Assembly: GCF_009914755.1 (NCBI RefSeq)
Contig: NC_060934.1
Direction: 5' to 3' (one strand)
Source: the human T2T-CHM13v2.0 reference genome, Homo sapiens
DNA: 64,000 nucleotides
In this document: positions 1 through 14,419 of the stretch, one piece after another
How positions within the stretch are numbered: position 1 is the first letter of the stretch
Layout of the letters: each line of letters opens with the position of its first letter
The notes under the pieces: model-generated
What the model was told of the DNA's origin: nothing
What the model saw: only the letters and a program-made list of their open reading frames with translations
Databases searched by the model: none
Translations under genes and position numbers: made by a program

Positions 1-1259
1 TGGTTTCAGTTCTCATTCAATCAACTTTCCTAAGGTTCTTGTTAAACACTCCGATTTGTGAATGAAAAAAAGTGACCTTTCAAACAAAGAGCTAACAATT
101 AGAAAAAGTGTCATCAGCACTCATGTCAAACCAAGCATGGTTTTCTGCAACAATTGGGAGTAATATTTGGAGGGTTTTTTCTTTCCTTTTACTTCACATT
201 GTGGCCAAGAAGTCGGCATTAGCATTTTCATGCAATCTGCGGGTGGTGTTGCTTATCTCTGCTGTTATGTAACCCTCATTACTCATTAGGATGTGGTGTT
301 CCTATCGTGTGGCCTCAAACATTTCTCAGACAACAGAATTGGATGTAATATTTGGTAGCAGAGTATTCAAGCTTACCAAAAACTTTTCACATTTGTGGAT
401 TTAAAAAAAAAAAGGTATACGCTACTTTCGCTGGGTTTTGTTAAAATGTTTCTTCTGTTTTGGCAGGTTTTGGTTTGAAGACAATCTAATTGTTTGAAAA
501 ATATAGGTTAGCATACCACCTAGGAAAGTCCCTCCCTGAAGCACAGTAGACAGAACAGGAAGTCACAAGTGGCTGGCAGAGATTGCTGCTCCTAGCTTCT
601 CAGTGTTCTCCCAGCATGCACATCTCTTCTGATTGGTTTGAAATCCACAGTGGATAATGAGCAGGGAGAGGCAGCATTGATTTGTTCTCCTTGGGTTTCT
701 AGATTACAGTAATTTTCACTGAGGCCATTGCTTGCCATTGTACATTTCTGGTAAGCTGAGTTTTGTATATTACCCTATGATTATGATTCTAGGCACTGGG
801 GTGGTGGCCGTTATTTATTTTTGAATGAATGAATAAATGGATTGTACAAAGCTTGGTATCCTGAAAAAATGTGCACATGAACTCCAGCTCCATCAATAAC
901 TAGCTGCCTGCTCCCGGAGAGCAGAGATTTTCTTGGCTGTAGTTTCTCCTCTAGCTTAGATTACAGTCTTCTCCCGGTAAAGTTGACTCCATTTCTCATA
1001 GAATACAGCAGAGTCTCATAGCAGAGTTATGACTCAGTTTCTATACCATTCTTGTCCCTGGATTTGTCAGAATTCCCAGCAGACAAAGGAACAGAACTCG
1101 ATCTGGCACCTTCTTTCTGTACCAGTCTTTACTCCGGACTCCAATCTTTCTCTCTTCGGCTACCATGTAACTCACCCCACCCTCTCCAGGCCATAAAAAT
1201 ATCCCAGAAAACAAAAATATTTCAAAAACATCTAAATGCTAAAAAGAACATGTCATTTA

Positions 1260-1705
<446 letters not shown>

Positions 1706-2029
1706 TCCCAAGGCTTTTTGTCTTCAAAGCCTGTGCTGTCTCCTTACAAGAAAAGTGAGAGCCTTGGACCAGCCCCGAGGTTCCTTTTGGCTCTCTGATT
1801 CTCTGTGCCTATGTTGCCATTGTCTTCCCTACTCTGTATCTTACTCTGTGTATTTCACCACCTCTGATTTTTTTTAGCACCCCTAATTTTACAGCCCCAA
1901 AGCAATAGCAATCACGTGTCCTGATGCGGCAAATATTGAGAAGTTTATTTGTTAAGTCTGGGTTTGAGCCAGATGTCACCATGGTGTTTCTGCAGCCTCC
2001 TGCAAGCTGGGGGCTGTGTTTCATCTTTT

Positions 2030-2237
2030 CATATCTAGAATAACCTGTGAGGTCAGTTTTATTATTATTGCTACTGTGCAGGCAAAGAAAATGAGGCAAA
2101 GAGAGGCCACACAGCTACTAAATAACAAAGCCAGTCTTAAATCTAGGTCTTTTGTCTGGAAGTCAAGTGTTATTTTCATTCAATGCTGGCACAGAGCAGG
2201 CATTTAATAAATATCCATTGAATTAATAAATGAATGA
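2030..2237. mobile_element. MIR fragment (-) followed by L2 3' end (+)
   Basis: aaatgaggcaaagagaggccacacagcta (MIR); tggcacagagcaggcatttaataaatatccattgaat...aatgaatga (L2 tail). Confidence 0.55.
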
Positions 2238-2253
2238 CAGGATCATGTCTTAA

Positions 2254-2562
2254 TTTTTATTTATTTGTTTATTTATTTTTTCTGAGATCGAGTCTCTCTC
2301 TGTTGCCAAGGCTGGAGTTCAGTGGTGCCATCTCAGCTCACTTCAACCTCCATCTTGGGTTCAAGTGATTCTCCTGCCTCAGCTTTCTGAGTGAGTGGGA
2401 CTACAAGTGTGCACCACCATGCCCTGCTAATTTTTCTATTTTTAGTAGAGACGGGGTTTCACCATGTTCGCCAGGCTGATCTTAAAGTCCCGACCTCAGG
2501 TGATCTGCCTGCCTTAGCCTCCCAAAGTGCTGGGATTACAGGCATGAAACACTGTGTTTGGC
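2254..2562 (-). mobile_element. AluS
   Basis: Full antisense Alu; TSD atgtcttaattt on both sides. Confidence 0.95.
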
Positions 2563-2615
2563 ATGATGTCTTAATTTATTTTCTGTGCTCTTAAAACACA
2601 AAATGTAATTCCTAT

Positions 2616-2930
2616 GCAAGGTGTAATCTCTTCATGCCTGTAATTTCAGCACTTTGGGAGGCTGAGATGGGAGAATTGCTTGAGGCCAGGAGTTCAAAAC
2701 CAGCCTGGACAACATAGAGAGACCCCTATCTCTACCAAAATTAAAAAAAATTAGCTAGGCATGGTGCTGTGTGCCTGTAATCTCAGCTACTCGGGAGGCT
2801 GAGGTGGGAGGATCACTTCAATCCAGGAGGTCAAGGCTCCAGTGAGCTGTGATTGTGCCACTGCACTCCAGCCTAGGTGACAGAGTGAGACCCTGTCTCA
2901 CAAAAAACAAACAAACAAACAAAAAAAAAC
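2616..2930 (+). mobile_element. AluJ
   Basis: Dimeric Alu with J-type right arm (ggaggtcaaggctccagtgagctgtgatt), (AAAC)n tail. Confidence 0.93.
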
Positions 2931-3389
2931 AGAGAAAGAAGGATTTGTTTAATCACAATAATGATATGTCTCCTTTTATATGCTTCTCCCAATGTGGAAC
3001 TTATTTCCCCATGATTATTTATTTGCTGAATTTTAAATAAGACGTCTCCTTAGTGATGGTTTTTCTTTTCCTACTGGTCTTTACCAATATGAAAACATTG
3101 CTTTCTCTTCCTTCTTCAGGGCCTCTATGGAATGATGAGAGAGCTGCCTAATTCTTCTTTGCCTCAGCATTCTTCCCCAGAAAAGAGAAAATAAGAGTAG
3201 CTTTCATGTGAGATAATGTGTATAAACTGTAAAGCAAGCACAAATGTTTATTATTATTTTTTATCCATTGTGCTTTCATAAGAAATGCCTTGAACAGCAG
3301 GGTATGCATTTGGAGCAGTTTTTTCCAGCAGAGGATGAAGGGGAAATTTTCTTGGTTCATCTCTCATTGTTGTCAGCATTATCATTACT

Positions 3390-3980
3390 ATTATCAATGA
3401 ACATTTATTGAGTACTTATCATCAGTGGGGCAGGGTATAAGATCTGCTGAGAAGCATAAGATATCCTCTTTGTAGCAGAGAGATTTATAATTTAATTAGG
3501 AAGACCACATATGCTAATGGATTAAATAACAATGTGGAGTATCCCAAGATAAATGCCAAGTGAATACTTTGTTTTATTTTGTTTTGTCTTTTGAGACAGG
3601 GTCTGTTGCCCAGGCTGGAGTGCAGTGGCACAATCACGACTCACTTACGGCCTCAATCTCCTGGGCTCAAGTGATCCTCCCATTTCAGCCTTTGAAGTAG
3701 CTGGAACTACAGTGCACCACCATGCTTGGCTAATTTATTTTATTTTATTTTTTGTAGAGACACAGTCTTGCTTTGTGACCCCATCTGTTGTCAGATTCCT
3801 GGCTTCAAGTGATCCTTCCTCCTCGGCCTCTCAAATTGCTGGGATTACAGGCATGAGCCACTGTGCCTGGCCACCAAGTGAATACTATGGCTACTAAAAC
3901 CTACAAGAAGTCAGAGGGGAGACCACATTGAAGACAGTATAATGAGATGCTTGAGCTGACCTTGAAGGATGATTGAGTAG
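3390..3980 (-). mobile_element. L2 relic interrupted by Alu
   Basis: caatgaacatttattgagtactta (L2 antisense end) and ttgagctgaccttgaaggatg. Confidence 0.5.
3569..3872 (-). mobile_element. AluJ
   Basis: Antisense Alu; TSD ccaagtgaatact at 3556-3568 and 3874-3886. Confidence 0.95.
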
Positions 3981-4732
3981 CATTTGGTAGTCAGTGACCC
4001 AGTGGTGCGTCTGTTGGCCAACGATTAGGGAACAGTTAGCTATGGAAAAGAGATGCACTGCAAGGTCCAGGCCTTAGTCACACTGTACTCTGGCCATCTG
4101 AACTAGCCAGTGATAGACCTTATCACTGTGGGTTTTCAATCCATCTGCTTTTCTTTTTTTTGGATCCAGGAGACATTGACAGTATAAGGCCTAAGGAAAA
4201 TTTGTTAAGTAGTTGTTTGTCATAATATTTATTGTACTCACTGAGATTAGGCTAGATACTTGAGATATGTGCATCTTTGTATCAACAAAGGCTGAAGGAG
4301 AAAATTAGTTTGGGGTTTTGTAATCTTGAAAATGACAGCCAGTAAAATAAGATTCACCTATCTCCAGAATTGTTTATATCTGACTTTTATTTCACAATGT
4401 GTTCCACGCCCTGTATCTCAACCTACTGGCTCTTCCTCGCAATGAACAACTCACTCATTTTACACTTCTGGCCAGTAGTTCTGCTGGCAGCTCTTCTCCA
4501 GGTTGCAAGCTGACCATTTTGCACAGATTCTATGGAATGCAACCCTGACCTTGCGATTAATTAGCTTTGGGACTTGGTGCAAGTCACTTTCTGTTTGCAG
4601 GACTCAACCTCCCAGTTTAGATCGTGAAATAGCTGGGCTAGACCAATGTATTTCAAATCCCTTTTAGTAGCTAAACCATTTCCTCCTGCAGAATATTCTA
4701 TGGAATCTCAATTTATAATAGTAGAGTTTTCT

Positions 4733-4801
4733 TTTTCCTTTTTTTTTTTTTAAATTGAGCAGTCCCTGAACCAGAATAGGTACAGAGAGGCTCCCTGTAA
4801 C
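4733..4801 (-). mobile_element. Short polyadenylated retroposed insert (about 50-nt body resembling an ERV1 MER57/MER51-type LTR 3' region)
   Basis: 13-bp direct repeat agtagagttttct at 4720-4732 and 4802-4814 brackets a T-tract and a 50-nt body. Confidence 0.7.
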
Positions 4802-5129
4802 AGTAGAGTTTTCTGATGAAGACAGAGGTGAAACAGGGGTAAAGGAATGCAAAGTCCTGCCGATGGGCCTTTTCCTTAGTGGCTTTAATCACCAGAGCAC
4901 TGTGGAAACCAGGTGGGGTACAGTTGAATTGAAGGACCTTAAAATCTGTTCCAGTGATAATATTTGGTTATTCGAACTCTGCTCATAGAAACAACATAAT
5001 GGAATTACTTTACTTTATTATCCCGGCATGTCATTGAAATTGAATCCCATGAAAGTTTCATTTCTTTGGAAAAACTCCACGTCACAGAGACTATGGGACT
5101 TGATTTAATCTGGGAGATCACATCGTAAA

Positions 5130-6430
<1,301 letters not shown>

Positions 6431-7035
6431 TCTTTTCAGAATCTCTACCATTTAATCACCTAGTCAAGCAGAATAAACTGGCAAGGCGGATGGGTCGGGT
6501 GGCCGCAGAGAGGAGGATGGCTGGAGAGGGTGGGGTCACTGTGTGGAAGGCTTGAGCATTAAAGTAACTACCAGGGGATTTTGTAACGTGAGATCTACGT
6601 AGCTCTGGTGGCTGTTGAGAACCCCTGCAGTTGGAGAGTGGGAATGGAAGCTGGGCTGGGCGGGAAACGGAGGCGGAAGGTCTGGAAGAGGTAAAGGGAA
6701 AAGCAGCAGTCTCTGGAGGATGTGTGTAATTGAAGCTCAGTTCCTTTAAAATCTCCAAATCCATGTGATCTCTAGAGATGATGTAGAGGCTTGAACATGT
6801 TAATGCTAATGGAAGGATCTGGAAGAAGAGGAACAGTGGACTTGAAAAGAGAGAGACGAACTAATAAAGAATAGACGCTTCTCAAGAAGGCAGGAGAGAG
6901 TGGGATCCAAGCCACAAATGGAGAATGGGCTGACGGGCGTGCCTTTGACTCCCGGAGGTATTAGCACAGTATCTTGCTGTGTACCTCATTAGGGCAGTCA
7001 GTTCAGTGGGCACTATATCTCAATTATTCAACCAC

Positions 7036-7320
7036 GGCCGGGTGCAGTGGCCCACTCCTGTAATCACAGCACTTTGGGAGGACTGCTTGAGCCTAGGAGT
7101 TCAAGACCAGCCAGGGCAACATGGAGAGACCCCATCTCTACAAAAAAAAAAAAAAAAAAAAAAGAAAAGAAAAGCCAGGTGTGATAGCATGTACCTGCAG
7201 TTCCAGCTACTCAGGAGGCTGAGGTGGAAGGATTGCTTGAGCCCAGGAGGTCAAGGCTACAATAAGCCCAGATCATGCCACTGCACTCCAGCCTAGGTGA
7301 CGGAGTAAGATTCTGTCTGA

Positions 7321-7367
<47 letters not shown>

Positions 7368-7689
7368 GAAGAAAGCAAGCCAGCCCAAACAAATCAAAAT
7401 CTGTAATCTTCTTATAGAGACATAACTTTGGGTATATACATTTTCTGTGTGTGTACTGTATAACTCATGTAATATTCCCCAGAGAACTAGCATTTGAAAT
7501 ACTAGTCAATTTATGTAAAACTCCAAGCATGTTACATAGCACATGGTAGATTCTCAACAAACATCTTTCCAAGGGAGGAGGATCGCTTGAGCCCAAGAGT
7601 TTTAGGTTAAAGTGAGCTATGATCGCACTACTGCACTCCAGCCTGGGTGACAGAGCCAGACATTATCTCTAAAAATAATTTTTAAAAAA
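7036..7689 (+). mobile_element. Compound AluJ containing a captured segment (see findings)
   Basis: TSD tcaattattcaaccac at 7020-7035 and 7690-7705 encloses Alu + (GAAA)n + about 170 bp unique DNA + second right-arm end. Confidence 0.9.
7319..7375 (+). repeat. (GAAA)n microsatellite (Alu tail)
   Basis: About 12 tandem GAAA units. Confidence 0.95.
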
Positions 7690-7929
7690 TCAATTATTCA
7701 ACCACTGATTAAGCACCTACTGTATACCCAGTATGTGTTAGCAACGGGGGCTGCAAAAATGAATTACAGTGGAAGTACAACCAAGCTAGTGGGAGAGGTG
7801 ACGCAGGGGTCGTGACACAGGGGTGTCAGAGTACCACTGTGTTGAATGGCCTTGTGTGTTCAGTGCTTAGCTTGGTGAGATCTGCTGAAACACAGAAGTT
7901 CTAGGCTCTTCTATGCAGTGACTCATCTC

Positions 7930-8033
7930 CTTATCTGAAACAAGTTATTTAAATTTTCTGTGCCTCAGTTTCTTTGTTTACCAAGTTAGGATAATAATAG
8001 TGGCTTACCTTAGAGGAGCACATTGAGAAAAGT
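7930..8033 (+). mobile_element. MIR fragment
   Basis: caagttatttaaattttctgtgcctcagtttc...ggataataatagt. Confidence 0.75.
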
Positions 8034-8038
8034 CTAAT

Positions 8039-8390
8039 TGATAGGGTTTGGCTTTCTGTCCCCACCTAAATCTCATCTCAAATTGTAATTCCCTCGTGTT
8101 GACTGAGGGAGGTGATTGGATCATGGAGATAGTTTCCCCATGCTGTTCTCTTGATAGTGAGTGTGTTCTCACAAGATTGGATGGTTTTATACGACAGTTT
8201 TTCTCTGCTCTGGATCCTCTCTCTCTCCTGTTGCCATGGAAGACATGACTGCTTCTCCTTCTGCCATGATTGTGAGGTTCCTGAGGCCTCCCCAGCCATG
8301 CAGAACTGTGAGCCAATTAAACCTCTTTCCTTTATAAATTACCCAGTCTTGGGTAGTATCTTTAAAGCAGTGTGAAAATGGACTAATACA
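8039..8390 (+). mobile_element. THE1 (THE1C/D-like) MaLR solo LTR
   Basis: TGATAGGGTTTGGCT...GGACTAATACA ends, attaaa poly(A) signal, 5-bp TSD ctaat at 8034-8038 and 8391-8395. Confidence 0.93.
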
Positions 8391-8851
8391 CTAATAAAAC
8401 AACTGAACAGTAAATGGTAAAGGGTTTATTAGCAATTAGTGCTACATGAATGCTGAATTATGAACTGAGATTACATCTTTGTCAAAGGTAAAAGCCAGTT
8501 GGGCAATGTTCTAGAATTAAATCTCAGAACAACAGCTTACTTTCACAAGTTACCTAGGATAAAAACTTGTCCCCTTAATAATAGGAACATGTATTGAAAA
8601 AGTGCACCGTAAAAAGTCCAAAAGGAAACGTCATTTAAGCCTTTTAAATTGTTCTATGTGGATAAGGATTTTTTTTTCTTGAAGATATTGAGGAAAAGGA
8701 GGAGATTTCCTCATTCCCTCATTCACTCATTCACTCATTAATTCATCAAATATTATTTGTTGAACCTGACAGTGTTTAACAAATCTCTGATAATTCTTGG
8801 ACCTCTCTGGCCATTGATACACTGGCTTTCAGTTTTCATAAGTGAGAAATA

Positions 8852-9136
8852 GGCCAGGTGCAGTGGCTCATGCTGGTAATCCTAGCACTTTGGGAGGCTG
8901 AGGTAGAAGAATTGTTTGGGGCCAGGAGTTTGAGACCAGCCTGGGCAACATAGCAAGACCCCATCTCTAAAATAAAATATGAAAATTAGCCAAATGTGGT
9001 GGCATGCACCTGTAGTCTTAGCTTCTCAGGAGGCTGAGCTATGAGGATTGTTTGAGCCTGAGAGGTTGAGACTTCAGCAAGCTATGATGGTGCCACTGTA
9101 CTCCAGACTGGGTGACAGAGGCAAATAAACAAAAAA
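8852..9136 (+). mobile_element. AluJ
   Basis: Full Alu; TSD cataagtgagaa. Confidence 0.94.
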
Positions 9137-9299
9137 CATAAGTGAGAATAGACCTTTTAGTTATTTTAAAGCATTGTGTGTACAACTCAGAGAACAATGA
9201 GCCTTAAAGTACATATCCAATTAATTAAAGCTAATAAATCTGATTGAACAAATATTAGTAACTCAATCTTTCAAAAGTGTCTGAGAGAAAAAGAGCTGC

Positions 9300-9495
9300 T
9301 ATTTTTTGAGTGTTGACTTGTGCTGGGCTCTGTAACCTTATGTATCTAATCTCATTTAGCCCTCCTAGTAGCTTTGCTAATAGGCATCATTATCTCCATT
9401 TTACAGATAAGCAAAGTGAGGCTTTGAGAGATTGAGAAATTTGCTTGTGTTTACACAGCTATTAACTCAACTCTGCCTCATTCCAGAATTCTTTC
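9300..9495 (-). mobile_element. MIR
   Basis: attatctccattttacagataagcaaagtgaggct. Confidence 0.75.
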
Positions 9496-9607
9496 TCCTT
9501 CCATTCTCTGCTCTCTTTCAAGAAGTAAGAATCTAGGCCTCCTCCCCAGCCTTCCATGCAAATAAAACATATGTGGGTGTTTTTATAAATGCTCACTAAG
9601 TATTTAC

Positions 9608-9962
9608 TTTTTTTTTTTTTTTTTTGAGATAGGGCCTCACTCTGTCATCCAGGCGGGAGTGCAGTGATCACGGCCCACTGCACTTAATCACGGCCCACTG
9701 CAGTGATCATGGCCCACTACAGTAATCATGGCCCACTGCAGCCTCAACCTCCCCTGGCTCAGGCGATTCTCCCACCTCAGCCTCCCAAGTAGTTGGGACT
9801 ACAGTTGCATGCCACCATGCCTGGTTAAGTTTTGTATTTTTTTGTAGAGACAGGGTTTCACCATGTTGCTCAGGCTGGTCTCAAACTCCTGAGCTCGAGT
9901 AATCCACTGGCCTTGACTTCCCAAAGTGCTGGGATTATAGGCCTGAACCACCGTGCCTGGCC
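9608..9962 (-). mobile_element. AluJ with internal minisatellite
   Basis: Antisense Alu; 4 x 19-20 bp repeat at 9661-9737. Confidence 0.94.
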
Positions 9963-10074
9963 ACTATTTGTTGAATGAATAAATCAGTGAAGCAGTATTT
10001 ATCAAATTGTAGTAGTATGTCACAATTCTAAGGCCAAGGATAATTTATGTAAATTTAAAAAATCTATTTAAATT

Positions 10075-10358
10075 AAGGAGTTATTGTTAAATTTTTATGA
10101 GTGATAATGGTATCATGGTGATGCTTAAAAAAAGAATCCTTAACTTTTGGAGATAGACTCTGAAATGTTTACAGATGAAATGACAAGAATGTCTGATATC
10201 CACTTCAAAAATGATGAGATGGAGCAGAGAGTTTAGATTAAACAAGATTGGTCGTGGTTTGATAAGTGATGACCCTTGATGTGTACCCAAGGGCTCACTT
10301 GACCATTTTCTGTTATCGTATACATTTAAGATTTTTCATAATAAAATGTTTAAAAATT
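10075..10358 (+). mobile_element. Old L1M (L1MC/L1ME-like) 3' end
   Basis: gtgataatggtatcatggt...tgaaatgtttacagatgaaatga...ttttcataataaaa. Confidence 0.7.
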
Positions 10359-10779
10359 AAGTTTCAGTGGGACAATAAATAAATAAAGGGAGTAAACACT
10401 GTGGGGAAGTCTCCTAGTTTTTTATTTTTAAATAATTGCTTTATTTTCACCAAATTATTAAACATAACTCTCTATGAAACCACTTTGGGGGAGGGTATTT
10501 TCTGTATCATTTATCTTTTAAAAGTTTACTCTCTTGATGCAGAGAGAAGGATTGATTTCCCTAATGTATTGTGTGAATTTGAGTGAGTCATAGCCTTTGT
10601 AGGTGGGTTTCTTACCTGGAAATGAGAGAATCAGTCTAGATAAATATCTGGGATTCTTTCCATTTCTAAAATTCTATAACTCCGACTAACCAGGAAAATA
10701 CTACGTGTGTCATTCCTTTGCTGTTTAGTCTTTAGCCCTTAGCACCCATATTCATGGACAAACAGCATAAGAATCACGA

Positions 10780-10849
10780 CACACCTTGAATTCAGGGGAT
10801 TAGTCCCCCTACATCACGCCTTGAATTCAGGGGATAAGCCCACCTACAT
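10780..10849. repeat. 35-bp tandem duplication
   Basis: cacaccttgaattcaggggattagtccccctacat / cacgccttgaattcaggggataagcccacctacat (4 mismatches). Confidence 0.9.
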
Positions 10850-11483
10850 TTAAAACTGCCTTTAGGGCAGAGCGCATTCCTAGTAGTTCTCCCTAATTCT
10901 AGCTGACCGAGTAGGGCTTGTCACAGAGGGCAGGAGATTTAAGATGCAAACAGTATTGGTTATCTTGAAGAAGACTCCTTATTTCCTGAGAGATAGAATT
11001 AAACCAGAATACGACTGAAATGAAAAGCCTTCTTTTAGCACACTCCACGTAAATGTTGAGTAGATACACCTTTCGCTTAGATACAATCCAATTAAAGCCA
11101 AACTGGTTTAAGGAATACGCAAGCGTACAGGGTTGAGCAACGACGTTCTCATGTGAATTCAACAGGTAACAGACCCACCTAGGAGCTGATGTGATTTGAC
11201 AAGCTTTGTCCTCAGGTGTACTGTATTTGCGCATGTAGCAACTATGTCTCCACCCACAGAGCAGTGCCAAGGGCCTAAAAAGACTCATCTAAGAAAATGG
11301 TAACAAATCAGAAACATGCTTAAGATGCTGTCCTGTAGCACTGAAAAAATTTGTACCCAGAGCTTGTATTTGTAGAATCAGGATTTCCTATTTTCCTGTA
11401 CTTCAAATCTGTCTGAGGGAGTGCGCTTTTACCATTATTATAATTTACCATGTATTTAGTATTAAAAAACATATTATTAACAT

Positions 11484-11788
11484 GTGGCTCACACCTGTAA
11501 TCCCAGCACTTTGGGAAGTCAAGGCAGGCAGACTGCTTGAGCCCAGGAGTTTGAGACCACCCTGCGTAACATAGCAAGAACCCATCTCTAAAAAAAAAAA
11601 AATAATAGCTAGGCACGGTGGTGCACATCTGTAGTTTCAGCTACTCAGGAGGCTGAGGCAGGATAGCCTGAGCCCGGGAGTTCGAGGCTGCAGTGAGCTG
11701 AGATCGCACCACCGCACTCCAGCCTGAGAGACAGAGTGAGACTCTGTCTCAAAAAATAAAATAAAATAAAACAAAACAAAAACCAAAA
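11484..11788 (+). mobile_element. AluJ
   Basis: Dimeric Alu, slightly 5'-truncated, A-rich tail. Confidence 0.94.
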
Positions 11789-12163
11789 GCAATTTGGAAC
11801 CCTCCTATGGAGACATAACCCCTGGGCATATATTTTGTGTATGTGTACTGTACAACTCATGTAATATTCCCTGGAGAACCAGCATTTGAAATACTAGTCA
11901 ATTTATGTAAAACCCCATACCCATTACATAGCACATGGTAGATTTTCAAGAAACTTTTCTTTTTTACGTTTCAGATGTTCTCTCTCAGCCTTCACCTCAC
12001 TGACCCTTCTTACTCATCATCTCTAACTTCTGAGTCCACTGCTATGCCACATGTGATGGCTAATTTACTTCAAGAAAGCTCATTGCTTACTTTTTCTGTG
12101 GTACTATTTAAAAACTTACAAATAGGGAATGTTTCTTTTGGATGTATGGTCAACCTCTGCTTC

Positions 12164-12624
<461 letters not shown>

Positions 12625-12862
12625 TTCCACTTCTGTTTTTTATACTTATAAGCCAAAAAATGAAAATAAAGGCATTAGTAAATCCTCAGTCAAATGGCTG
12701 TGGGGGACCCTCTTCATCTTAGCGAACATAAGGAGCTTCTTGGGATTAACTTGGATCACATTTACAAAGATACAAAGCTCTCATTTTTGAATTATGGTCA
12801 TAAAGTGCAGAAGAGAAGCAGAATGCAGGTTTTAAGAAATGCAGCGTAAATCTTGAAGATTC

Positions 12863-13392
<530 letters not shown>

Positions 13393-13787
13393 GCAGGATT
13401 CAATTTTTAGCTGCATGTAAAATGTAATCCTCCTGGAAAAGAATGAACAAATTGTAATGATGCAAATTAGAGCTATCACTGTAATGACAGTGGTTTGAAG
13501 GCAAGGTTGCCATTATTGTTTATGATTAAATTCTTGCATCTGCCATGTTGCTCCTCTGATATTACCATATGTTAGGGGTGTTTGTGGGACTAGCATGAAG
13601 ATACCCATTAAAACACCAGCAAAGACCTAATAAAACGGCCTTTAATTGAACTATAAAAGATCCTAAGGATAAAGTTGCATTTGATACAGATCTCTCTCTC
13701 TATCTATATAATCTATATTCATGTTTACATACACATCCATAACATGAATTTAATTATTTACAATCTGTAGTTATACTATCTAAATTA

Positions 13788-14240
13788 TTTCTCACTCTGT
13801 CACTCAGGCTGGAGTGCAGTGGCACAATCACAGTTCACTGTAGCCTCAACCTCCTCGGCTCAAGCAATCCTCCCACCTCAGCCTTCTAAGAAATCGGGAC
13901 TAAGGCGCATGCCACCTAGCCCAGCTATTTTTTTTTTTTTTTGTATTTTTTTTTTGTAGAGACCACGTTTTGTCATGTTGTCCAGGCTGGCCTGTAACTC
14001 CTGGGCTCATGTGATCAGCCTGCCTTGGCCTCCCAATGTGTTGGGATTACAGGTGTGAGCCACAGCACCTGGCTCTGATTCTTTTAAAATTTATTTTTAT
14101 TTATTACTTATTATCCTTTTTTGCAGAGATGGTGTCTTGCTATGTTGCCCAGGCTGGTCTCAACATCCTGGGCTCAAGTGATCCTCCTACCTTAGCTTCC
14201 CAAAGTGCTGGATTATAGGAGTAAGCCACCGCAGTCAGCC
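13788..14240 (-). mobile_element. AluJ followed by FLAM-type monomer
   Basis: Alu 13788-14073; monomer 14082-14240. Confidence 0.9.
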
Positions 14241-14419
14241 TTTCTGATCTTAGTGACACCTATAATAAACATTATTTATATGCTTCTTTCTGATAAATGA
14301 AATGTTGAATTTCTTGTTTTAAGCTTAAAATAGTCTCATTTGGAGGTTTATTAACTCTAAAATACTCTCAACAACTTACCTATATCAACTTCTACTGTAA
14401 TCAAATGAACGTAAATAGA

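Noticed and set aside
9661-10849. Short direct repeats as a CRISPR-like array
   Set aside because: Units are contiguous with no unique spacers, there are no cas genes, and the DNA is primate.
10899-11288. 129-aa ORF in unique DNA (also 46243-46578, 41499-41807, 52006-52347)
   Set aside because: No recognisable domain, homology or exon structure; lengths are within chance expectation for six-frame scanning.
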